53,543 nucleotides of DNA from contig NC_057749.1 of the NCBI RefSeq assembly GCF_004010195.1, forward strand, positions 26,735,438-26,788,980, given 5' to 3'. Position 1 is the stretch's first letter. Each line of letters opens with the position of its first letter. The DNA comes from Chiloscyllium plagiosum (taxonomy: Eukaryota). The notes beneath the pieces are model-generated. The model was not told where the DNA came from and ran no database searches. It worked only from the letters and a program-made list of their open reading frames with translations. A program made the translations under genes and the position numbers. Below are positions 25,911 through 37,217 of the stretch, in pieces.

Positions 25911-27480
25911 TTTGCTCACAATGCACCGGGAATGGGAAAATTCTATCCTGGATCACTCAAAGAACAAGCCATTTTCCAGGCAGAAGGCTAAAATGCACAT
26001 TTGTTCAATGTTACTTATCACAACTGAGACCTCACGCAAATAGAAATTAGCTTTATTCACACAGAATTTATAATTTACCTGCATTTGTAGATATTTTCTA
26101 ATCAACCTGTTCAGAGATGTTACCAAACATCTCTTGACTATGCAAGAGTTCAACCTGAGTCCATTCAAGGAAAAGTCCATTTAAATGTTTTAATTTATTA
26201 AATATTGTCATTAGAATTTAAAGCTGTTACCCAGGAAGCTCATGGCCTGCTGAATAAGATTTTCTCCCTTTGAAACAGGATCATAAAAGTGCCTGAACTG
26301 CTGTGCTCTTCCAGCACCACTAATCCAGAATCTGGTTTCCAGCATCTGAAGTCATTGTTTTTACCTTGTATAGTAAGATTGTCCTGCTTAAATAGTTTAG
26401 TCCAAATCAGAAAATGCAAGAGATGATGAAGAGGGTCAAATGGGTTTCATCCTTCCTGCCTTTCTCATCTCATATCAGTTGTTCAGAGAAACAGAAGTTA
26501 ATATATGTGGGCTGGGTTCACAAAAGATAATCATAAATAAATGAAATAACTTGTGGTTTTAAACCTATACTGTCATGTTACTAAAAGGCAGAGATAGAAT
26601 GTACAGGGGCAATGTGATAATGGAAGTAGATATGCTGAATGATTTCAAAAAGAATTTGGAAAGGCACTTGGGAAAAATAAACCTGTATAGCTATGGGAAT
26701 ATAATCTGAAAATGGCACTGATTGCATTGTTCTAGATAGTCAGCATGGATTCAACGGATTGAAAGGCTTTTTTCTGTGCTGTAATGACTTTGCAACTTGC
26801 ATACAGATAAAGCAGAACAGTTAATCTGGCAAAATAATATCAATAAGTTGTTGCAGGAAACCATCACATGATAACTTAAGGCAGTAATTTAAAATCATGT
26901 TAAAGTTTAAAGTGACTGTTTATTTTGAAAGAGTACAATGATTTCTACTTCAGACAGGTGGAGGAGCCCCATGTTGTAGCCTGATCTGAGGGCAAAGTAA
27001 GCCTTTCAGTACTGACCAGAAACTGCTGTCAGTGCATTCTGCAAAGGAGTGCTTCTGACAGTACCAGGGTATTAAGGAGAAAAGGCTAAATAATGCCACA
27101 AGCATCATAATAAAAACCATCAGAAGGCAGACGAGGCTTATTTTCTTAGTCTGTGAACACAACCGTGTGAACAAATCCAATTGATCTTCATATCTAGAGA
27201 GAGAAAAAGAATTGCCAATTCCAATACTATACCAGGACAATTTCAAAGCAAATGCAACATGCCACTTTCTTAAACTTACTACAAATTGCCCAGATAGCAA
27301 TTTTCACAAATCTTTGTCATTAATATTCGAAATATCATAGGCCTATAATCTTATTGTCAATTCCTTGACACATCCAGGGCAATGAAACTGTTCATGGCCA
27401 CAAGCTTGTAAGTACAAACTCCTAGTAATGTGATTCTCATTGATTATACTCCATATTGCTGAAGAGGTTTATTCAACTAT

Positions 27481-27785
27481 ATAAGACCATAAGACATAGG
27501 AGCGGAAGTTAAGGCCATTCGGCCCATCGAGTCAACTCCGCCATTCAATCATGGCTGATGGGCATTTCAACTCCACTTACCCGCATTCTCCCCGTAGCCC
27601 TTAATTCCTTGTGACATCAAGAATTTATCAATTTCTGCTTTAAAGACATTTAGCATCCCAGCCTCCACTGCACTCTGTGGCAATGAATTCCACAGGCCCA
27701 CTACTCTCTGGCTGAAGAAATGTCTCCGCATTTCTGAATTTACCCCCTCTAATTCTAAGGCTGTGCCACGGGTCCTAGTCTCCTA
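27481..27785 (-). mobile_element. CR1 LINE 3' end fragment (young)
   Basis: CR1-type tail cataagacataggagcggaag...gccattcaatcatggctgat. Confidence 0.75.
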
Positions 27786-29049
27786 TATTGAAGTTGTATG
27801 AGTAAAATCTTTGCAGATGCCATCAAGTAAGAAGGCAGCCTGAATATTAGAGAAAGATTCAAGCATGTCTATGGGCTGTGTGCTGAAAGATGAAATTAGG
27901 AAGGGCATCTGGGTGTCTTTGGGTCAGCATGGACTAGATAGGTTGAACAGCCCCAACTGTCTTGTTTTTATGGTTCTGTGTAAGAGGAATTAAATCCAAT
28001 CTTTCCTTTCTCTTTGGTACTTTCCTGTAAAAGAACGATTTGCACAATTTAATCTGGTCATTGTGAAATAAATTGTTTGGAACCAAGGAAATGGAATACA
28101 TGTAAAATGGAATCACAGTACAACATACTGATCAAGAAAATAACCTGCGAATTACAGAAGATAAATTAATTTACTTAAGAAAAGTAGTAAATAAGTATCG
28201 GATTTCATTATTAGCGGGATTTTTTCAATGAATTAATTAGGTCAGACATTAATTTGACCCAATCGATGTTCACTTCTGGGAAGGAAAGAAAATCTGGCTG
28301 GAAGGAAATATTAGAAAAATTGAGCTTATTTGCTTTGGCAAAATGAGGAAACAGAAGATTTAACAAGTTTGAAGATGGCTAATTGTTTTATTGATAAAGG
28401 GTAAAGTTATGAGGAACATTTAGTAGATAAGAAGGTAAGAATAGGAACAGAAGCCAGGTACAATCATACAGTCGCATCCTCCGAAAATCTTCAGCTGTTC
28501 AATTACATCAGACTGTTTCTATCTTGAAACTGGCTCTTTCAACTTTTTTTTGTCATTTTCTGTATACATTCAAAAGAAGAAAAAAATTTCAATGTAACAG
28601 TAAGAAAACGATAGTACTTCTGTCGCATCACATTCCATTCACAGATGATTCTAAACACTTCACAAACAATGGTTTATTTTTTGCAAGTGCAGTCACTGTT
28701 TTGAAGGGAGATGCAGCAACCAAATGTACAAATCAACCTATCACATTAAAATTTGGCAGTAAAATTGTGGCTGTAAGCACTGCTTTTTGAGGTATCTTGG
28801 CTATTGGAGAGGTGATTTCCTCAAATTCCAGGAGCAGTAATTACTGTTTTATATGCTGTTGCATTGTTTTGGAACTGTGGGGGAGAAAGATCAAAACAGC
28901 GTCCTTTAAAAGGGAGGAAGAGAGACAAATGGAGAGAACACAAGGTCAGAAAGAAACCCACGCTGCTGGCTCTCTCAGCAGTGGGTCTGCACAGCTACTG
29001 CCTTTGCTGTTGTGAGTTTAAGTATCTTTGGATATTGGAGTGCGTCTAA

Positions 29050-29150
29050 AAAAAAAAATGAACAGTGAATATTTCTGCGGCCATCAGCGAAAAATCAGAA
29101 TGGTGTGTTGCCTCCCTAGTGCCAGGATCAAAGATATTTTGGAGAGTGCG
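29050..29150 (+). mobile_element. CR1 ORF1 esterase fragment
   Basis: YFCGHQRKIRMVCCLPSARIKDILE resembles the CR1 esterase motif MVCCLPGARV. Confidence 0.55.
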
Positions 29151-29376
29151 CCACACTGCCCATCCGCACTCCCACCTGCCCCCACCCCGACCTCGCCTGC
29201 ACCCCAACCCGGCTCCCACTCCCAAAACCCGCCCCCGCCCTGTACAGGACCCTGTGCCCCCCAACCCCATCTGCTCCCCCCTCCCCCACCCGCCACTGGT
29301 CAGTTGAACTGGACACCAACAGTAAGACCGCTGTAAGTCTCCAAACAGCACAAGCGCGCGCGCACACACACACACA
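29150..29376. repeat. C-rich low-complexity tract ending in (GC)n(AC)n
   Basis: Many C3-C6 runs, and gcgcgcgcgcacacacacacaca at ~29354-29376. Confidence 0.8.
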
Positions 29377-30501
29377 ACTTTTTACTGCAACCTTTTGACA
29401 GGTTCCACCTCTGCCCTGTACAGGACAATGTTGGAGAGATTATCTGGCGAAGGGGAAGGGGGGTTTATGGTTCACCCCTGTGTAGAACTCCAGGGAAAGT
29501 GTAGGGGGAGTGAGAGAGAGAGGGTGGGAGGTCAATCATTTGGAGATGGTGCCTGCACTGTCCAGGATTGTTCTCGGCAGCATTTCAGTGAGCTAAGTTC
29601 ATTTTTAATCATTGTACCTGTAAACAAAAGATGCGATCAGGTTTGAAACAGCTCTTTGACGTAATGTTTCTATCGGGACCTTGAGATCCCCTTCAGATAA
29701 TCCGAAATTCAGATAATTGAGATTCCTCTGTACATTGAGAAAGCAAACATGCTACTTGCACATACCGAAACTAATAACAGGTGGCAATAGATCCAAATCC
29801 ACAGCTAGAAAAATCGTATACACTTAGAAACCCGTATTACAGATCCCTGAGGAAACTTCACACACAAGTGAACTTAACAAGACAGACCTCCAAAGAAAGA
29901 AGGATCCAACATAACCCATTTCTACAGATTGCCAAAGGTACATAAACAAGGCACCCCCCTCAGACCCATAGTCTCACTTGATGGTCCACCAATATCCAGA
30001 CTAGCAAAGGAACTGCAATGCAAATTGAAACACCTAGTAGAAGACTCTAACCAGTCCATCCACTCCACCCAGGAATTCCTTAACATCATCAAAGACAACA
30101 AGGTAGTGGACAACAAGGTCATGATTTCCTTCGACATGATGGCCCTATTCACATCAATAAACATCACCCTATCAAAAGAAACACTGGCCTTACTGCTAGA
30201 CAAATCAAGGACACAAACACCTGACTGCACCGACTCCATCAGCAAGGACAGCATTCTCAAACTAGTAGACTTGCGTTTCACAACCCACTTCACCTACAAT
30301 GACAAGATCTACAAACAAATCAATGGGACACCTATGGGATCACCAATATCAGCAATCTTAGCAGAAACAGTTATACAGAGATTAGAATGAACAGCACTTC
30401 CCACGATGCAGCCCATGGCTTTGGGTTCACCATGTAGATGATACCTTTGTCATAACAAAATGCAACAAATTAGAAGAAACCCACAAACACATAAACAACA
30501 T

Positions 30502-31803
30502 GGATGTAGTTTTGCTTGCTGAGCTGGAGGATTCGTTTTCAGACGTTTCGTCACCATACCAAGTAACATCGTCAGCTTCCGAATGAAGCACTGGTGGTGT
30601 AGCCTGCTTTCTATTTATATGTTTGAGTTTCCAAGGGTTGGTGATGTCATTTCCTGTGGTGACATCATTTCCTATGGTGATTTCATTTCTTGTTCTTTCT
30701 CACAGGGTGTGGTAAATGGGCTCCAAGTAAATGTGTTTGTTGATAGAGTTCTGGTTGGAATGCCATGCTTCTAGGAATTCTCATGTGTATCTCTGTTTAG
30801 CTTGTCCTAGGATGCATGTGTTGTCCCATCAAAGTGATGTCCTTCCTCATCCGTATGTAAGGATACTAGTGAGAGCAGGTCATGTCGTTTTGTTGCTAGT
30901 TGATGTTCGTGTATCCTGGTAGCTAGTTTTTCTGCCCGTTTGTCCAATGTAGAATTTGTTACAGTTCTTGCAAGGTATTTTGTAAATGACATTACCTTTA
31001 CTTGTTGTCTGTATAGGGTCTTTCAAGTTCATTAGCTGTTGTTTTAGTGTGTTGGTGCATTTGTGGGCTACCATGATGCCAAGAGGTCTGAGTAATCTGG
31101 CAATCATTTCTAAGATGTCTTTGATGTAGGGGAGAGTGGCCAGGATTTCTGGACATGTTTTGTCTGCTTGTTTGGGTTTGTTGCTGAGAAATCAGTGAAG
31201 TATCTTCATCAGGTCATGTCGTTTTGTTGCTAGTTGATGTTCGTGTATCCTGGTGGCTAGTTTTTCTGCCTGTTTGTCCAATGTAGTATTTGTTACAGTT
31301 CTTGCAAGGTATTTTGTAAATGACATTACTTTTGCTTGTTGTCTGTATAGGGTCTTTCAAGTTCATTAGCTGCTGTTTTAGTGTGTTAGTGGGTTTGTGG
31401 GCTACCATGATGCCAAGGGGTCTGAGTAGTCTGGTAGTCATTTCTGAGAAGTCTTTGTTATAGTGGAGAGTGGCTATGGTTTCTGGATGTGTTTTGTCTG
31501 CTTGTTTGGATTTGTTGCTCAGAACACATTGACTTGGATCCCATTTACCACCCCTTGAGAAAAAGAACAGGAAATAACATCACCATAGGAAATTATGTCA
31601 TCACCGGAAATGACATCACCAACCCTAGGAAACTCAAACATATAAATAGAAAGCGGGCTACACCACCAGTGCTTCATTCGGAGGCTCACTGAAGATGTTA
31701 CCTAGTATGGTGATGGAACGTCTGAAAATGAACCTTCCAGCTTAGTGAGCAAACCTATATCCAGAACCGCAACATGAACTACAAATCTTCTCAAACCTCG
31801 CTA
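30502..31803. mobile_element. Nested Penelope-like insertion with inverted terminal repeats, internal 334-bp duplication and 13-bp TSD
   Basis: ACATAAACAACAT at 30489-30501 and 31804-31816; minus-strand part 30502-31522, plus-strand terminal repeat 31523-31803. Confidence 0.88.
30542..30575 (-). ncRNA. Minimal hammerhead ribozyme motif (second Penelope family)
   Basis: Minus strand CTGACGA-T-GTTAC-ttggtatg-GTGAC-GAA-ACGT-C. Confidence 0.6.
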
Positions 31804-33984
31804 ACATAAACAACATCTTTAGCGGTTTAAAGTTCACCAAACAGGAAGAGAACAACTACTTCTTCTCACAGTAGAACGAAAAGCCAATGGAGAGTTGCAG
31901 ACCAGCATCTACAGGAAAGCCACACACACTGACTAGATACTCAACTACAGGAGTAATAATCCTAACACCCACAAATGGAGCTGCACCAGGATATTATTTA
32001 AGCAAGCCACAACACATTGCTGTAGCCAGGAACTACAAGAGGCCAAGGAAAATACCTATATAATGTATTCAGGAACAACGAGTACCCAATAAGCACTGTC
32101 TGCCGATTCCTACACAACAGACCTAAACAGGAAGATGCAACACACCCAGAGAGTCTAGCCACCCTGCCATACATTAAAGACATCTTGGAATTGATGACCA
32201 GACTACTCCGGCCCCTAGGCATCACAGTCGCCCACAAACCTTCAACCACACTGAAACAGCTCCTGATTAATTTAAAGGACCCTATTCCAACAACCAGCAG
32301 AACGAACATCATATGCAAAATACCCTGCAAGGACTGCAACAAACATTATATTGGACAGATGGATAAGAAACCAGCCACTAGGATATATAAGCACCAATGT
32401 GCCACCCAAAGACATGACCAACTATCACTAGTATTCATACACACAGATGAAAAGGGACACCAGTTCGACTGGGACTATATATCCATCCTGGGACAGGCTA
32501 AACAAAGACATACGCGGAATTCCTAGAGGCCTGGAATTCAAACCGGAACTCCATTAACAAACACATCAATTTGGACCCCATTTACCAACCCCCAGAAAAG
32601 AACTGGAAGTGATATCACAACCACAACAGATCAAGACACATAAATAGCAAGCGGGACAGAAGACCAGTGCTTCATCAGAGACTCACTGATGATGTTACCT
32701 AGCACGGTGAGGAAAAATCTACTAGCTCAGCTCGCAAACTTGCAACCTGACTCACAATCTGAGCTACAAATCTTATCCAAAATCACATAAGAAATAGTTC
32801 ATTAAAAATTAGATTGCTAATAGTACTCAAACTGTCCTAAACTATCAACTTCATTTTCAATATATTTAATTATTTGAGATCAAGGCTCACCTCAACTCTT
32901 AAACTCTTCCCTTCTTTTACTGATGAAATCTCAATAATCACAAGTTTATGATTCACCCTGTCTTCATTCCTACTTTTTCTAATCATGCTCTCTTCCAAAA
33001 CAACAAGCTTTGGCCATTCCAGTGGACAATAAATTCAATGATAAAATCCACCTACCACAGGGCCATCTTCGGACTAGTTCAAAGTTTACAGTAACCACAA
33101 ATATTTCAAAGCCATAATCTAATTTTAAGGTTCACACTATGTTTATAAATTACTCAAGAACACTTCTTATGATGTTTGTATTCTTACCATCACTTCCAGC
33201 TAAGTGTTGCTTTGTACATAATTTCACTGAAGCTTGCAATGAAATGAATATTTTAACTTATGTATAGTATCTTAATTTAAATGTATGGAGCTTCAGGACA
33301 ACAAATCTTAAACAAATATTAGCCCACAATATGTCAGCTAGTCTCCCCTCTTCAAATGCCAGTTATATTGATGGCGAGTAACAACTTAGCAAGCTAAGTA
33401 ACTTTATAGTAATACCATTAGAGACATTGGAAATGAATTTTTACAAGCGAACATGCCAAATATTACATTTTGTTGCAGAGCTAACTCCAGAAATCATGTG
33501 TGCAGAATATATGAGTATCCCAACAGGTCAGTCGTGTAACAATTTGAATGATTAATGCACTATCACTATAGCAATAGGATGAAGACAATTATCACTCCAC
33601 CCTGCTGACTTCCCTGATCTAACCTTGCTGTGGTTTAAAAGCTGTTCTTCTGTGTCTCCCTATGGGTTTTGTCAAATTCTACAGAATAGGTTTTAAAGTG
33701 TTGGTCTGTACATGGGCAAGTAGCCCAGGAGAAAGCAAACAAACAGAAACATCCCATACATATAATATTTAAATAAATAAAACTTATAACACATCAGAAT
33801 TGTGTTCCATATAATAGATATCAAATAAGCAGACTTTCTTGCAATAAATATTCTTTGGTAAACATCAATTGCATATTTTATGTTAACGACGCAAATTGGA
33901 AACATATCTCAACAAACAATTCAATTAGGGCATATTATGAGGCCATTTATTTCACTCCTGCTCTTTCCGATTGAATTCACATTA

Positions 33985-34240
33985 ACGTTCTGAAGAACAA
34001 CCCACCCAGAACTTACCCCCTCCCACCCACACAAATATCAGTAACCTTGCATTTCCCATGGCTAACCCACCTAGCCTGCACATTCTTGGACACTATGGGC
34101 AATTTGGCTTGGCCAATCTACCTAACCTGCACATCTCTGGACTGTGGGAGGAAGCCAGCACACTGGAGGAAACCCATGCAGACACGAGGAGAATATGCAA
34201 ACTCCACACAGTCCCCTGAGTGTGGAGCCGCTGTGCCATC
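33985..34240 (-). mobile_element. Degenerate HE1/V-SINE fragment
   Basis: ggactgtgggaggaagccagcacactggaggaaacccatgcagacac...gcaaactccacacag matches the reverse of the 24682 SINE body. Confidence 0.7.
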
Positions 34241-34285
34241 CTTTATGCCATGGTTAAGTCTCTGCTTTTGAAACCTTCTTAGGTA

Positions 34286-35160
34286 AGTGTGTTTTGAGAA
34301 GATTTGTAGCTCAGGTTGAGGTTCTGAATGTAGGTTTGCTCGCTGAGCTGGAAGGTTCCTTTTCAGACATTTTGTCATCATACACCTAACATCTTCAGTG
34401 GGCCTGCTGATGATTTCTGCTTTCTATTTATATGTTTGGGTTTCTTTGGGTTGGTGATGTCATTTCTTGTGGTGATGTCATTTCCTATGGTGATGACATT
34501 TCCTGTTCTTTTTCTCAGGGTGTGGTAAATCGGGTCCAAGTCAATGTGTTTGTTAATAGAGTTCTGGTTGAATGCCATGCTTCTAGGAATTCCCGTGCAT
34601 GTCTCTGTTTGGCTTGTCCGAGGATGGATGTGTTGTCCCAGTCAAAGTGGTGTCCGTCCTCATCTGTATGTAAGGATACTAGTGAGAGAGGGGTCGTTTT
34701 GTGGCTAGTTGATGTTCATGTATCCTGATGGCTAGTTTTCTGCCTGTTTGTCCAATGTAGTATTTGTTACAGTTCTTGCAAGGTATTTTGTAAATTACAT
34801 TAGTTTTGCTTGCTGTCTGTGTACAGCCTTTCAAGTACATTAGCTGCTGTTTTAGTGTGTTGGTAGTGTTGCACTTCGACTGGGACAACACATCCATCCT
34901 TGGACAAGCCAAACAGAGACACGCACGAGGATTCCTAGAAGCTATCAACAAAGACATTGAGTTGGACCTGATTTACCACCCCCTGAGAAAAAGAACAGGA
35001 AATGACATCACCACAAGAAATGACATCACTAACCCCAAGAAACCCAAACATATAAACAGAAAGCAGGAATCATCAGCAGTGCTTCATCCGGAGGCTCACT
35101 GAAGATGTTATCTAGTGACGTGATGAAACATCTGAAAATGAACCTTCCAGCTACATCCAG
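34286..35160. mobile_element. Penelope-like insertion with inverted terminal repeats and ~14-bp TSD
   Basis: AACCTTCTTAGGTA 34272-34285 and AACCATCTTAGGTA 35161-35174; GIY-YIG fragment on minus, inversion near 34870. Confidence 0.85.
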
Positions 35161-35321
35161 AACCATCTTAGGTATTCCATGTTCTAACATCTATTGTCTG
35201 AAACCATTATTTCTAACTTCTTTGAGTGATAATCTATAGAGCCCATTTTGGTAACAATTCACCAACCAGTAGAAACAAACAAACTTTCACTATTCATTCT
35301 TATAAATTACGAACAATCTCT

Positions 35322-35620
35322 ATTAGATTAGATTAGATTATTTACAGTGTGGAAACAGGCCCTTCGGCCCAACAAGTCCACACCGTCCCGCCGAAGCGGA
35401 ACCCACCCAGACCCATTCCCCTACATTTAACCCTTCACCCATTTAGCATGGCCAATTCACCTGACCTGCACATCTTTGGACTGTGGGAGGAAACCGGAGC
35501 ACCCAGAGGAAACCCACGCAGACACGGGGAGAACGTGCAAACTCCACACAGTCAGTCGCCTGAGGCGGGAATTGAACACTGTGAGGCAGCAGTGCTAACC
35601 ACTGTGCCACCGTGCCGCCC
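35322..35620 (-). mobile_element. HE1-type SINE
   Basis: Reverse complement of the 24682 SINE with internal deletions; (GATTA)n tail. Confidence 0.88.
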
Positions 35621-36986
35621 ACAAAGGTATTAGAAAGGTCTTAATCTTTGCTGTTCTTGCAGAAAGCCTGAATATGTTTCTTAAGTATAACTTCAATTTC
35701 TAGCATAATCACAACGGTTCTTTCTTAGCTTTTATACTCAGTACCTTAAAGCATAAAACTGAGAAGCCCATATGTCTTATTTATGGCCTTTATGTTTAAA
35801 CTCCTGCCATTTAAGGATACTTCCCTAACACTTTACTTAAAAAGTCAAGTGGGAAGTTGATTTTTAAATTTTTTTGAAAGGTGATGGTTTATCTCCTTTC
35901 TAATTTCTTCATTTCTACTTCAAAAAATTGAGAAGTAAATAATTAACAAAATACTCCAAATAAAGCTAGCATTTACCTATTATCTGGCAAATACACTATT
36001 GCATTAATTGGTTATGGTAAGACAAACCTGGTTGTGAAAATGCATTCTCACCTAAGTGCATTTGTTTGGCTTGCAGAATAATGTACAGGCACTACATTCT
36101 GATCCAATAAAACCACTTGCATCCTGCAAAAATAAAATGAAAAATTATAGGGAATGTTTCGATAAAATCATATATACACATTATTATGTTCATGTTTCAC
36201 AGTAATCTTTGAGCACCAGTAATGCTGATCCCTAACATTTCACCTTTTGCATTCTTCTATGGATACTGGTACCACCAAACTATACCATTTCATGTTTACT
36301 TGCACTGAATTCCATCTCCAGATTTTTGCTAAACAACCAATTTATCAATTTCCCTTGTTATTTTCTTTAATCCTTGGAATTATTTACAGTGCCACCTATT
36401 TTCACTAATTTTACACAACTCCATCTTGCCATCACCCAAGTCACTAGCGAAGTGAATGTAAATGGTGCCAAAACTGAACCATATTGGATATTCTTAGTAA
36501 TGATACTTCAAAATGGTAAAGTAAATATACATTATTAAAAAAATGACTTTTTTGGATGATGACTAGAGGCTAAAACTGAAGCAGCTGGAATACTAAGCTC
36601 TCTGGAATGATAAAAAATAAAGAGAAAGAAAATAAATAGCAATTATTTAAAAATGATAAGAGAAGCAAAGGAATGTATGATGTGATAATCTCACAGATTT
36701 AAGCACACTACAGTCACCTAAAATATATCAGCAAAACACAGATTGTTAAATGTGATGTAAATTAGTAGAGGATAAATGGAAGTTGGCAGGGATTCTTAAA
36801 TTTTTAATGTGTTTAAAGAAAATAATTTTATGTATCCTATTGTTAATCTACAGTGCTGCATCAATTTCTCTTTGCACTTTTTGCCATTAACTCACTCCTT
36901 ATTTTTTATAATTAGCTCAATTTAGTACTTTTTGTAATTGCACTTCCTAGTTGGACTTTAACAATATCACTATAGTCACTATTCTT

Positions 36987-37116
36987 GAGGAGAAAGTGAG
37001 GACTGCAGATGCTGGAGATCAGAGCTGAAAATGTGTTGCTGGAAAAGCGCAGCAGGTCAGGCAGCATCCAAGGAACAGGAGAATCGACGTTTTGGGCATA
37101 AGCCCTTTTTCAGGAA
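36987..37116 (-). mobile_element. Penelope-LTR-derived short repeat with mutated hammerhead motif
   Basis: Same family as 3655 and 8781. Confidence 0.7.
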
Positions 37117-37217
37117 GGTCCAGTGGAAAGAGGCCTTTGACTAATTGTATCAGTGCCAGTCATCAAGCATCTATCTTTTCTAGTCCTATTTTCCATCACT
37201 TAACCTCTAGCTTTGTA

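Larger units (their letters stand above)
29700..32785 (+). mobile_element. Penelope-like retroelement (RT, GIY-YIG, terminal repeat) hosting a nested Penelope insertion
   Basis: LPKVHKQGTPLRPIVS, SFDMMALFTSI, GTPMGSPIS, HVDD (30431), KIPCKDCNKHYIGQ; degenerate hammerhead motif from 32686. Confidence 0.9.

Noticed and set aside
29028..29375. Several Pro/Gly-rich ORFs on both strands
   Set aside because: Open only because of the C-rich low-complexity tract; no splice or homology support.
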